Shown here: positions 22,314 to 35,666 of the stretch, piece after piece
Position numbering within the stretch: the stretch's first letter is position 1
How the letters are laid out: every line of letters begins with the position of its first letter
Made by a program: the position numbers and the translations under genes
The notes under the pieces: generated by a model
The model's input: only the letters and a program-made list of their open reading frames with translations
What the model was told of the DNA's origin: nothing
Databases searched by the model: none
Assembly (NCBI GenBank): GCA_964234715.1
Contig: OZ174288.1
DNA from: Podarcis melisellensis
Taxonomy: Eukaryota
Strand: one strand, 5' to 3'
DNA length: 64,000 bases

Positions 22314-23165
22314 CTGATTCAGATCAAAGGAGGGGCAAAAGCACAGAGAGACAGAGTGATCATGCCATTCCATTGTTCATCCTCAAGAAATTTTGACAGA
22401 AAAACTGCCTCAGCTCAAACAGTTTATAATTTGGAGTGAGAAAGCCTGCAAGCTTCTTTTTTCAACAATTTTCAGGTTTGTAAACAGAACCAAACAATTA
22501 AGACAGAAGAAAATTTCAGGAGATTTTTACAGTGCAAATTATTTTTATGCACATTATTTGTTGTTTTGCAAGTCGAAACACCCCTTGTCTGAAACAGAAG
22601 GGATTGTATTCAGCTAAATTTTATGCAGCGTAGAGCTACTGAAATTTATGGACCTAACTTAGCCATATTCATTAATTTCAATGTATCTCTATGTAAAAAT
22701 TATGTAATACTATCAAAGATTTTCACAGCACTGTGCAACCTACACTTTTTGCCCCAAACTAGCTAGTGATGTTCACGGGGATTTGAGTACAAGATATATT
22801 GGTCTCTTATCCAATTAAGGCACACTGGCTCCACACAAAATCAGTGGCATGATCAAACATGATTTTACAATTTATTATTTACTTATTCAATTCCTATGCC
22901 ACCCTTTACCTGATACCTGGGCCAGCACTGGGTTTAAAAAAAAAAATTATACTCTTCTACAAACATGGATTGGAGGAAGCTAGATAAGGCTAGCCATGGA
23001 ACTTTGTTGCTGGCTCTAATGTGTTACACCACATCAGGTTGAAGCACCCAAGTGCAACTTCTGGAAGTATACAGATCAGTTCTGAGAATGGAATTCTGTA
23101 TGTCAGTGGTTAAGTCAGTTTTCTCTTGAGACTACCCTAAGTGAGTTTCCAAATCTTGGACTTAC

Positions 23166-23186
23166 CACATGAATGGGGCAGGGGAG
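23166..23186 (-). other. Candidate 21-nt in-frame micro-exon (LPCPIHV) just downstream of ADCY9 exon 4
   Basis: cactaat (branch point) ... ttgcattcttctctag|CTCCCCTGCCCCATTCATGTG|gtaagt; phase 0-0 like exon 4. Sequence signals only. Confidence 0.35.
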
Positions 23187-23221
23187 CTAGAGAAGAATGC
23201 AAGCTGATAAATTAGTGTTAC

Positions 23222-23326
23222 CTTTGTGCTGTTTTTATGTTCATCTTGGCCCCCATTTTGGATAGCTCCTTCCTCTATACTTGCAGCAGAAGCAGATGCC
23301 AATGTAGTATTACATGAAGGGCATGT
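23222..23326 (-). CDS. ADCY9: ADCY9 exon 4 (105 nt)
   Basis: ttccag|ACATGC...ACAAAG|gtaaca; TCPSC...QNGGQDEHKNSTK. Confidence 0.95.
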
Positions 23327-26300
23327 CTGGAAGCCAAAAGAGAAAAACACTGCAAGATTAATGTGTCTCTTTTAAATAGCACTGACATTGCAAATCTTAG
23401 CATGTCCAATCTGTATAAATTTCAGGATTCTTGGCAAAAGGTTTCTCAAATGCAGTCCATAGGATGTTGCCAACAGGTTGCACATCACACTTAGTTGTCC
23501 TTTTTCCTTCCTTGAATATTTGGGAATAGAATTAAAATCACTTGAGTGTAAAGGAAAGTAGTATCACATATGAGAAAAGCTATAACCACTTAATGGAAGC
23601 CTAACTATAATTAAACAAAAATACAGCGAATGCACTTGTACTTAGATAATCTGTTTGGAATAATGGAAATGCCAGCTTAAAAAGAAAAAGAAAAAAAGAT
23701 TCTAGTTCTCACGGCCACAGATACAGAATGTTAAAGCTGAAAACATGCTCCATAAAAGATAGAGAAGCAGCTCTAATTCATCATTTATCTTATTTTTATA
23801 TCCCGCCTTCCAGCTCACCAGAAGGGACCAGGAGGAAGATCTCAGTTGACACACCTTCCTCACAAGGTGTACTTGTTCAGAAAAGCACAACACACACACA
23901 CACACACACACAATGGCTGCAATGGTTTATAGCAGGGGCAGGACACCAGTGGCCCTCCAGATATGGCTGGACTACAACTCCCATCACCCCTAAACATTCG
24001 CCATGTGGGCAGGGACTGAAGGGAGTTGGAGTCCAACAACATTTGATGGGAAGGGGGATGTCATAGGTTACACCATCCGTGGTTTATAGAAACCAGCCCA
24101 GTCAGGCAACCATTACAGAAGCCCCAGGCTATTCAAGTGATTTATTGTCTAAGCAAGGTTTGGATATAAAATACTAGAGAAGCATCAAACCTCAAAAGCA
24201 GTAAAGGAATGGACTCTCAAGTGATGAAGTTATTTCACATTATATAATATAAAACCTCAATCAACCCGAGTGTCAAATTGGTTCTGGTGTTTGGAAAGGC
24301 CCCAGATGTTTGTGGCATTGCATACTCTCATACTTCCTTGAAACCCTTAAAGCAGCAGTTATTATACAACTTCTTTAAAAAATTGCTGGACCCAAACATT
24401 GTGGCCAATTATTGCCCAGTCTCCAATATTTCATTTCTGGGTAAGGCAACAGAGTTTATCACAGAGTTTAAGAAATGCATTTGACACATCTAATGCCTGC
24501 CTGCACACTGATGTACTCTGAAAATGGTAACATAATAATTCATTGATTTAACCTTGACTTTGGCCACTTTTATGTTAAATGTTAATTTCTCTGCCAGGGC
24601 AAAGTTCCAAAGTCTGCGGAACTATGCTTCAAATGCTAGTTCATCTGTCATTTTCCTGCACTTTTGATCTGTGCAGCTATTAACATAAATGAAAGTAAAA
24701 ATTTGTGCATTGCAACTTCATTCCCCACCCCCACAAATATTTAAATGTATCAGCCGTCAGGAGTGCTACATTTTGCTTTGCGCCAACACCACTTCTCTGA
24801 AAACCATGGTCTAATAAGGGACAACCTTCAGACACTCCCAACAGACAGGTATGAATGAGCCTCTTAGTTCTCAACCCCTCCAACAATTCAAACCCACCCC
24901 TGGTACCTCCTACAGTGGTGATCTATTTCAGTGAGGACACCAACTATTGCAGAAGTTGACTTCAGAGCCTGCTATCTCTGTATAGATTGCCCTATGCCAT
25001 TCTTCCTGTCAGTCCTTCAATGAGCTAAATGAATTTTTCATTTAACAACAACAACAACAACAACATTAGCCGAGACCGGGCTCAGGGCGACTAACACCAA
25101 ATACATTAAATACATACATTGAATAAATACATTAAAAACACAAAATCAAACAAATAGTTTAAAATCCAATTAAAATCACATTTAAAATCAAAATAAAATA
25201 AAGTGGGAACCCACTAATCGTAACCATAGGGGTGAGGAATTAAAAGTTCACCAGGCCCGACCACCCGTGCTCGTCCCATAGTTTGAAAGTGCCAAGGAGG
25301 TCACTTACAATAAAGTACACATTTCGGAAACAAAGCCTTGTGTTGAATTCTCATTCTGCAAAATCAGATGCTTCAAATGAGTGAGGTCCCTTATACCAGT
25401 TTCTCTAGTAACTTGGTTTGCTATAAAATAATGCAGTTGGTGCAAATGGACCCAGTTAATGTGGAGTGGCAAGCCTCTCTACTGACACAGGTTTTCTATT
25501 CGTGTAGACAACTCCTTATTTGTATGATCTTGAACTTCTGTTTCTTCCAGACCATCAATGTTGCCTTTGTGGAAGGGTTATCAACCCACTCCAAATTTCT
25601 GATAGGTGATTGTCCCAAAATCATTATTAGATTTCTCTTTTTCAGTCCCTTCCGCTGCTACCCACAGCCTGTTCTCTGGCTCATGTCTACACAGGCTGCA
25701 GCATTCAAAAACTGAAAAGCCTCATAATAATGCAACAAGCATGGCTCCCCCACCCCACCCGTTTTGCACGCTCATGGGGTTTTCCTTTACCAAGTCAGGG
25801 CTTGGCACTTAAAGTGCCAATGTATTTTGTTGCAACCCTTTGCCGCACAGAAATAATTTGTGTTTGAATTTCAATACATAAGATTTGGAAGTAAAAGCTG
25901 ATTTCTGAGAGATCAACCATTAAAAACACTTTCCCTGTGTTGATAAATTTGACTTCCATTGGTTGAAACCTTTTTTAGCACAATCCAGCCTCTGGAAATA
26001 AGTTTAATGGTAGTAATGTATACATTGAGATTCCTGCATTGCAGGGGTTGAAATAGATGACCTTTGGGATCCCTTCCAACACTACAATTCTATGAATGTT
26101 TTAAATTCCTGAGGATTATGACCCCCAGGAAGAAATCCATTAATGTGACATAGATATAGGGTGAAGCTCTATATGGTGTGCAGCTGTCTCTGACACTCCA
26201 GGGCTATACTGAAACACCTTATTCAAGATTCATTATAAATTTGAAGGACAGCCACGCTGCCATAATCCTTAATATTTCATCTGCAATTGCAGATGAAAAT

Positions 26301-27737
26301 AATCATATCCTTTTTTTACTGAAAACACACAATCACATAAAGAACCATAGCCTAAAGGGATGAGGAAAATATTTAACAGACTTGCTATGAATTACAAACT
26401 ACAAATGCATCAGTTGATACTGACAGCATGTCCATCCTGCCTACATCTCAAACTCAAGGCTGATAACAACCTTACATCTCATTTATTCACCCTCCCACCA
26501 CCCTGTGAAGGCTCATACAGGCCGAGATGAACCAAGTATCTACAGAGCAAAGAATATGGGATTTGTAGCTAAGCCTCTCAGGGCACTTGAAATGGCTCTG
26601 GAACACCCTTAACCAGCAAGGTGCACCCCAGATGTTTTTATTACAGCTCCCATCAGCTCCTGCCAACACACAATTGTTTTTCGTCAACAAATAAAAAAAC
26701 TTATATCCCACCCTTTCTCTCCAAAGGGTGCCAGGGTAGTTAACAGCATAGGGGTGGGGAACCCAGTCTCCAGTATTTTTTATATTAAAAATGTTAATAT
26801 ATATTGCAAATTATTAATAATATATAGTTTGTTCCTTACACGTTTCCGTTCAGTTTGCATGTGCTTTGGCTTAATGGAACAGACATCCCCTCCTCCTCCT
26901 TACAAGCTCCTTGAGGCAGAGCCCTCCCTTCTTTTTCAAGCTTTTGATACATTTATTGACAATTTTATGAGGAAGTTTAAGTGGTATGATTAAGGCAGGC
27001 ATTAGAATCAATGGACTCTTGTTTCTCTACCATCACAGCATTTAAGCTAAAGAACGCTTTTATGTTAAAACAAAACCAAAAGGTTTCTGCTCTGTCACCT
27101 GCTTTTCTTTGTAAGCAACACACACACAAAAATTTCAATCAGTTATTTTCCCCTTGCAGATATCAGAAAAGCAACCCTGAAAAGTGACTGGTCAGCTGGA
27201 ACAAATATTGCGCTAGGAACAAATGCTTGGAAGAGCACACCACATTGTGCACAGCAAAGAAGTGTCTCTTCCCACATACATTTGGGGATCTGAAGCCACA
27301 AATCATACTTAAGGATCAGGACCCGAGAACAAGAGTTCCTGCCACCCCCTTGTTCCATTTGCCACCTGCTCCAAGGAACTCAAAGCAGCATTTCCGCACT
27401 AACACTGCTGCGGTGAGGGAGGTTGCACCACTGAGATATGGAGAACTGTCCACCTGGGGAGATTCATGGCAGAATGGGAATTTGAACTGGTCCCTCGCAG
27501 CCAACCCTCCACTTTAGCTATTATCACGCTGTATGGTTCCTCTCTCATTTTAGGGCTTCATAAGCAATAAAATGAAGAATGAAATCTTTCTGTTTCTCCT
27601 TCTTCAAGGATTCAGTGATGTGTGTTCCTAGTTCTACTCCAACCACCCAAGTGGCTATTTAATGTCCCCAACGAAAGCTTCTCAAACAAGTTTCTGATTA
27701 AAAACCCTTAGAAGTTTGAAGAATACATTTGACAAAC

Positions 27738-27910
27738 CTTGTTTTTTTCCAACTGTCTGAAACCTTTTGCTAAGTTGCCAACATTCTCTGCTGATGAGGT
27801 TCCCTGTAACTTGCTTCTGTCTCCTGCTTCTAGACCTGGAAGCAGCATCTGTGAGCAGCTGCAGGGGGGCTCCTTCACTTTCAAACCAGAAATCAGGTAT
27901 GTTTTCAAAC
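27738..27910 (-). CDS. ADCY9: ADCY9 exon 3 (173 nt)
   Basis: cctgtag|GTTTGAAAAC...AACAAG|gtttgt; GLKTYLISG..CSCSQ; phases 1-0 fit the flanking exons. Confidence 0.9.
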
Positions 27911-30516
27911 CTACAGGAAAATTACAGTTAACAGAGCTGAAACCATTCTTCCACTACTATCCCTCCTCCCCACTTGTTTGTAGAACCCCTCTCTCAAATG
28001 TGCACTCCACTATGACTAGGCAAACCACAGCAGCCAGCTACTACTGCCAGCGAGCCAGCTATTCCCGTGGCTCACTTCTCCTCTTGGGAACAGTCAGCCC
28101 CATCCTCTGGCAACAAAAAGACATTTCATAAACTGCTCTTAACAGACTTTTGTTTCCCTTTTCCTGCCTTCCCAATCCCTCACAATAAAAAGAAAGGCAA
28201 GAATAGGCTTATACAATACAGGGCCGCAGTATTTTACAATTTTTGAATACTGCAGGCATTTCTGTCCCACGCAGTAGCACTTGATTTCATTGGCAAGTGT
28301 GAATGTTTGCTTAAAAACAACAACCACACACACACACACACTTTACATGTTATGAAGAGTGGGAATCCTGCACCAAGGACTACTGCACTGCAGCATCTGA
28401 ATAATTGTAAGACTTTTCTCGACTAGCGGAATGCTAGCAGGACTCTGCCCCCCTCCCCACCAGTTTAGCAATGAGGTACAGCCTAATGGCCTGCAGATTA
28501 TCTTCCTACAGCAAACATGGTGTCAAACACATTTAGCAGTAAGCAGAATGGCTTGTGTACACACAGAAGTCCTTCAGGACACAAAGCTGACCCACCACCA
28601 CTCAAGGTAAGACCCCTTCAACGTTTCCAAGGCTGCAACCCTATGCACATCTTAAACAGAAGTCCTGTTGAATTCATTTTCCAGAGGGGAACCTGATAGT
28701 TAACTGCAGCAACAAAGACTCCTGCATCTAGTACATCTAGTATACTAACAGTATTCAAAGCTCATTCCTGCATACTTGAATCCCTCTTTCACTAAACTGA
28801 GCTGAATCTAAATAAAAGCCATGAGAGTGGCATAACCACATTAATTACCTGCATATGTTTATTATATTTTCAATGTAACACTATACAAAGTGTAACCCAA
28901 TTTAGAACTACCCATAAAAGCAGGTTTTTAACCGAATTTATCCAGTGTATGCAAGTTAAACATCCATTCAGTTAAGTGTGTTGCTGCAGAAAACAAAGGC
29001 TTCTCTTTACACAGCACAATGCTCCTCTGCAGGATAGACATAAGAAAATCTTCTAATTATGTCTTATCTTTGTTAAATGCTTAAGTGTACTGCTAGAACA
29101 GCAAGTAGGCGCTTTGTGGTAGTCATTCCCATCAAAGGCTTTCTACCACATCGGGAAGAGCCAGAAACCCTTTTTCTTTTAAAAAAAAAAAGAGAAAGAG
29201 AGAGATATTTCACTACAATACTGTATTTGCAACTACTGACCTAGGAGTGTATTCTGTACTGGAAACACAGACTATAAATGTTATAAAGAAGTAGATATAT
29301 AATAAACAAATATAAATTAGCCTTGGTGTCCTAGGGTGCAGCATATCTTGTACACTTCTGGGAGCTACAGAATAAACAGCACAGACTTTCTTCAAAAATC
29401 AGGCTGCCCTAACAGCAGCTGACTTGGTCGAGGTCAAATGACAGTTAGAAATTCAAAACAATTTATACAGATAACAATTACTGGTACCCTTCATCTGCTG
29501 TGAAGGAAGGAAGGCTGAGTCCATTACTACATTTAAACTTTCTGCCTTTTAAATTTCACCATGCTAAGAAAACTCAAGAGGAGGAAAGATGGAGACATTT
29601 TCCAAGCTGTCTTGAGGAAGCTTTAGCTTTGCATATTTTATGTCATTTTATGCTCCATGCCCCATCTGTTACTCACACTTGGCTGTCTCCCTTCCAGTGC
29701 ACTCTGCTCTTGCCTACGGTTTCTAAAACTGACTATTAATTAAAACAGTATCAAATACTTCATTTTGGATCACATTCAGCTCTTTCATCTGTTCTTCAGA
29801 CTCATAAATACAGTACAAAGTACCTGAAACAAAACATTATTAGACTGTTTTCGGAGGAGCATCTAACACATATTCTTTTAAGTTCTGACTTCTATTTGAA
29901 ATTCATTAAAATATATGCCTTTTCCCTAAAGTATTTGTCAAACTGCCACAGGTTTTCTAAAGAACAGATTTGTAACTGGGTGCCTCAAATCTATTTGTAG
30001 CTTCAACAAAATAGGTTAGTGCTTTATAAGTCAAGTTCTAACCATTACAACTCACCAAATAGCGGTACTTTTCTGGAGAAACCAAAAAGCAAATCTGCCT
30101 TAATACGAGGTGTCTGCAGTCTGCTCCTCAGCATGAAGACAAAGTTCTTTTCTGAACGTCATATTTTTTTCTAGAAGCCTATGAATCACTTGAAACCCAG
30201 ACTATATGAAAGTATATGAACTATAAAATATCTGGCAGACGATTAAAATGCAACATTAAAACTGCCCTTTAAAATAATCAGTTTTAAAATCAGAAAGCGT
30301 TGCAACCGCCAAGCATATGACATCAAATACCTTATCTTTCATTCCTTGAAGAATCAGCAAGGACAACCTCAAAACTAAAACTCTGAATCTCAGATGTTGT
30401 ACTTGATGTGTCCAGACTTGCCCATGTCAGCACAACAAGCATAAAGAGCTATGGGAGGAAAGTATTGAAGTATACCAGTTCATTTTAGACACACACACGT
30501 AGATATATATATATAC

Positions 30517-32368
30517 CTTTAAGCTGGTCTACAACCACACTCTGACCAACACGCTCAGTCACCTTTCCATCCTCCATTTCATAGCGGTCATCTAAGTATT
30601 TTGCAGTAGCTTCTGAAATATGGACCTTTCCTGCCACGCCCAGTTGCTCCATAAGGTTGGCCAAGTTGACGTCATTGGACCACACATCGAACTTGAACCT
30701 TCTCATCCCCAGGATGCCACACAGGACCGTCCCAGTGTGAACACCAACCCTCATGTTCACCATCTCTTTCTTTTCCTGACAAAACTGCTCAATGGCTTTA
30801 ATCATGCCCAGCCCCATCTCGATGCAGCAATAAGCATGGTCCTCTCGGGGCTCAGGGCACCCTGCCACACAGTAGTAGCAGTCCCCCAAAGTGCTTATCT
30901 TCTCACATTTTGTGTCCTCGCACAGGCGGTCAAAGCGACCAAAGAGATCGTTCAAAAGCCCCACCAGAGCATGCGCAGATTTGTTGGCACTCATTTTTGT
31001 GAAGCCCACAATATCCGCAAACAAAATACTGACTTGTTCTATCTGCTGCATTTTAAAAGGACGGAATATGATGGGGTTTTTCTGTATAGAAGGCTTTTTC
31101 TTTTTGTTTTTGGGGCTGGAGGTGGAGTGGCGCTTCACGGAGTTCTCGCTTTCGTCGTCCCCCTGCTTCATCAGGTCGTCGGCAATAATCCTGGGCATGA
31201 CGGAATGGATCATCCTCTCCTTGAGGGCCTTTTCCACCTCCAGGTCTTTGCCGTGCATGATGGACTGCCCCACTTTCAGGAAGGTGCTTCTGGACCGCAC
31301 TTCGGACATGATGAAGAGGTGGATGCCGGTGGCGTGGATGCACACGTGCAGCAGGGCTTTGCTGAGCAGGTCCCAGGCCAGGAGGCGCTCCCCAAAGGGC
31401 GAGAAGCAGCTCTCCTCGCGGAAGTAGTAACCGAAAGTCTCGAAGAGGACCGAGTAGGAGAGGCCCAGCAAGAAGCTCAGGTAGAGGGGCAGGTGCATGA
31501 CGGTGTAGAGCAGCAGCAGCACCTCGATGCACATGGAGAAGCTGCCCACCTGCGACAGGCAGGGCCCCGACGGAGGACCCCCCCACTCGTCCGGGGGTCC
31601 CAGCGCCTGCAGCTGCGGCGCCAGCGTGATGGCGAAGACGAGCAGCACGAGGGCCAGCGAGGTGCGCGCCGGGTGGCGCCCGTAGGCGCGCGTGAAGGTG
31701 AAGGCGAAGAAGGCGAGGCAGGCGGCCAGGAAGGCCAGCGCGGGCGCCACGAAGGGGGCCTGGTGCCGCCGCCGCCCCCCTCCTCCGCCGGGGGGGCCCA
31801 GCCGCAGCGCGAAGTAGCCGCCCCACAGCAGCCCCGCCGCGCCCAGGTACGAGAGCGCGTAGCGGAAGCGGCGCCGCGTCTGCGGGAAGCAGCGCTCCCG
31901 GCAGGCCTCCTCCAGGTTGCTCGAGTCGAAGGTGGGGTTCCACCACTGCGCCGAGGCGCGCTCGAACAGCTGCGGGAGCCGCGTCGAGCGCCGCCGGGAG
32001 CCCAGGCCCAGCCCCAGGCCCAGGCCCAGCCCGAAGGCGCCGCCGCCGCCGCCCTGGTCTCTCCTCTTCTTGCCCCGGCCGCCTCGCCCGCCGCCCGCCT
32101 GGGTCCTCCTGGCCGCCGCGTCTCCCGAGCTGCTGCCGCTGGAGGAGGAGATGCTGGCCTTGGCCTTGGCCGCCCCCGGGGGGCTCCGGGCGCAGATCCT
32201 CACCGTGACGCTGCCGCCGCCGCCGCCGCCGCCCGAGTCGCAGCTCACCTCGGTGCTCCGCCGGCGCCGCTGGGGCTGAGGAGGCTGAGGCTGAGGCTGC
32301 TGCTGCTGCAGGAGCTGCTGGTGCGCCGAGGAGCCCGAGGGCGGCGGCGACGCCGACGAGGAGGCCAT
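30517..32368 (-). CDS. ADCY9: ADCY9 first coding exon (1852 nt): N-terminus, TM1-6, C1a catalytic domain
   Basis: ATG in gccATGG context; HQQLL..STEVSCDS, LPQLFERAS, SILFADIVGFTKMS, KISTLGDCYYCVAG, MRVGVHTG, FDVWSNDV; donor AAAG|gtatat. The spliced CDS with one exon-10 copy is 4203 nt (1400 aa) with all phases consistent. Confidence 0.98.
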
Positions 32369-32970
32369 GGCCCTCCGAGCGCGCCCTTCTCCCTAGGCAG
32401 CGGCTCTCAGCGCCGGCCGCCCGCGCCGCCTCCGCCGCCCGCGCCGCCTCCGCTGCCGGGGTTCTGGGTGCCGCCGAAGACCGCGCTGCTGGGGCTCCCG
32501 CCAGGCCGCTCCGGACCCCGCCGCATGGCGCTGCGCCAGGGCCGCGCCTCCCTCACGGCGGGCCGCTCGGCCGCATCGCCCGCCTCCCTGCAAGCGCCTC
32601 ACAGGCCGCGGCGCCGGCTCGGCCGCCCTCGGGGGAAGAAGAAGAAGCAGCAGCAGCAGCGGGGCGAGGGCGGAGGCGGCTGTCACTGAGGCGCGCGGCG
32701 CAGGCGCGCTCGGGAGGGAGGGAGGGAGGGAGGCGGGGACTCGCGGGCGCGCGCACAGGAGAGACCCCGGCGGGGCGCGCGCGGCGGCGGCGGCCGCGGC
32801 GAAGAATCCGTGACCAGAAGCCGCGCTGCCCACTGCGCAAGCGCCCGCGAGATGGCGCGCAGGCGCACGCTTGTCTTGCGCGGCCAAGTTTCCCGCCTTT
32901 GGTCTCCTCCCTCGCCTCAGCGCCCCTCCCCCCCGCGGCTTCTCGTGAGGAAAAATTAGATGGCGGGAGC
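31540..32970. promoter_or_regulatory. CpG island and ADCY9 promoter
   Basis: Extremely GC- and CpG-rich; three NRF1-type GCGCnnGCGC motifs (32698, 32835, 32857), E2F-type TTTCCCGC (32889), GC boxes; no obvious TATA box. Confidence 0.85.
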
Positions 32971-35589
32971 AAGGCAAGGGGGGCCACCCTCAGGAAGACC
33001 CCGTCTCTCCCTGATATCTCATGAACTTTTTTGTTTTTAAAAAGCATTTGTTAGCTTGTCATTTCCACCAAAACTTCTCCAAGCAATTTCTATATGGCTT
33101 GATTGATCAAGGATTAGTCAGAGAGTTATTTACACCCAGGGCGACTTTAGCAAAGGGTTCCCACACGGATCTGCACCCGTAATGCTCCCAATTTGTCTTC
33201 TTGCGAAATGGAACGCCTCGCTCTTTGACTCCCAAGAGCACCATCCGAAGACGTTGGAAAGAAAACCCAGCTAAGCACTGAAGGGCTTGAGGGCAGATCG
33301 CATCCGCAGCGGGAGAAACTCGAGCGAAGCTGGCGAGTCGGGAAGAGTGGGGCCAAAAAGAAAATGGCCGCTGGGCAGAGCCCAAGTGCCCCAGGTGATA
33401 AAGACACCTAGCGGCTTCTTCCCATCTTGCTTCAGAGTTTCTGAATGGTTAGGTGGCTGAATCAATATTCTCCAGTCAAAGGTTTTTTAAGCCAATTCAT
33501 TGTTTCTTTTTCAACAAACAGCTTCTTCTTTCCAACCCAAATATCAGCGACAGGCACCATTTTGGGAAACTGCTGAGGGAAGACTGAGAAGTGACGTGTG
33601 AGGGAAGAACTGCTGAAAGCCTCTCAGTGACTTTTGGGGAATGCCGTTCTCCATTTTAGGGAGCTGGTCACCCCAGGGTAGCTCCCAGCTTCTCTTCTCC
33701 ATATTCCCACCGCATTTATTGTCTCCAGAATTGCAGCCATTGAACTCTGCAGCACCAGGCAGGTTACCAAGGCCAGCCCTGCGGCGAAGTAAAGCAACGT
33801 GGCGGCTGGTTTTTCACGAGGCAGGAAAAGGTGCAAATCGTTAGTTATTCCGTCGAAAGGACTCCTGAGGTTTATCTAGTCCAACCTCCTGCCAATGCCA
33901 TGCAGGGATCGCAGCGAAATCATCCCTGCCAGGTGGGCACCCAACCTTTGCTGAAAAACCTCCAATAAAGGAGACTCCATCACCTTTGGCTTAATAATGC
34001 CTTCTTACTGTGGTTTTATTTCCACTCGCAGGATTTTCTGCCTTGAGTGCCGCAATCATGGGCAGCCTGGCTCTGGAAGGGAGCTCTTCTGTTGTTGCGC
34101 CTCAGGCAGCAAAGGTCTCGGCCTCATCCTGCAGGACCACCTGGCTCTGGTTCGCCCCGCAGAACTTGGGTTTTTCGCATAGCTGCCAACGTTTTCCCTT
34201 TTTTAAAGGGAAATTCCCTTATTCTGAATAGGATTCCTCGCAAGAAAAGGGAAAAGTTGACAGCTATGGTTCTTCGTTGCTGAGAAGACAGGAGGATGAG
34301 CCCCAAAGCCACTGCCACAACTCCAAATGCCACCGCGCATAAGCGAAGAGATCGGCTTTGCACCGTCGTTTCCCCAAGGGGGCTCCTGGGCCACAGGTCT
34401 GTGGTCCTCCATGGCACCCACCGCTCTGGATGCATTTCGCTTCCCCTGGGAATGGCCTTTTGCAGCCAGGAGCCGCCTGAGGAGCCACAAGTGTGTGCTG
34501 CCTGCTCAGCCCAGATCCCCACACCAGGCTGCACAAAATACCTTGCTGCTCTTAATATCTTTTCCCTGGACCTGCTCCTCTCTCATTACAGCTAATTAAT
34601 TGCTGCCGTAGAAAGGGTAAATTATTCAGCAGGGAAGAAGTCAGCCGGTGGTTCCACTGTGGCACCGTTATGATGCGCGGCCTGAGTCAGAGAGCAATTA
34701 AAGGCTTGGCGCGCAGCGGGTTGTCCCTGATCTCGCTGCCACCCTCTCTCCCCTTCCGCGCCCTCATTAGCTGCAGCTGACATAGTTGCCTTTGCATGTT
34801 TCTGCCCTCTGTTCTGTTATCTCTTCCTGCCTCCCGCTTACCATCTTTGGCTCCCACACAGAGTCCTCTGATGCTGTCACAGAGTGTTCTTCTCATTTCT
34901 CCTCCTTTCCCTCACATCCTCACATCCCGATCCTATGTAGAGTGGAAAATCAACAGGCAGCACGCCTATCCTTGCTGAGGCCTACATCTTATGCAGGGGG
35001 GTTTATTCATTAGGACTTTCTCTGAAGCAAACATGCATATGGTGATGGAGAAAGTGTTGGGTTTTGGTCCCGGCAATAAAAAAAAATCAATCTGCTGCAG
35101 CCAGCAAGCTATTTACTATATTTATTTATTTATAAACTGCTTCCCTACCAGGCTTCAGTACATCCTCTCACTGGTGCTACTCTGCAGTCTTACCTCAGCA
35201 TTGAAACTGCATTTTTATATCAGAAAGTGGGGGGGGGGGGAGAGAGAAAACAAACCTTAAGAATTTCTAAAATGTGATCATAAATTTGGGGGCTTCCCTG
35301 ACAAACTCCACTGATAATTTCATCTTTTTTTACAAAGTGACTCTTCAGGTTGCATTCTTACGTGGGGAGAAGAATTACCTTTGAAATTAGAACACTTATT
35401 GACACCGTTGCCCTCAATATGCTTCCATATCACTATAAACTCTACACATGCCCAGATACTCATTAATACATGCATATATAACCAAAGAATGTATTGGGTA
35501 TTCAATATTATTATTTCATCACCAGTTTCTCAATAAACACTTTTCAGGGGCAAAATATATATGCAATAGATCTAGATTATGTGAAGACT

Positions 35590-35666
35590 GAAGACAGGAG
35601 TGCCTGGCGTGCTCTGGTGCATGAGGTCACGAAGAGTCGGACATGACTAAACGACTAAACAACAAA
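35590..35666 (+). mobile_element. RTE/BovB-type LINE 3' tail
   Basis: GAAGACAGGAGTGCCTGGCGTGCTCTGG..GGTCACGAAGAGTCGGACATGACTAAACGACTAAACAACAA, the BovB-like 3' end; flanked by near-direct repeats TGTGAAGACT / TGTGAGGACT. Confidence 0.8.

Noticed and set aside
30620-32689. 689-aa plus-strand ORF antisense to the first ADCY9 coding exon
   Set aside because: Expected shadow of a GC-rich coding exon and CpG island (few antisense stops); low-complexity product with no recognisable domain.
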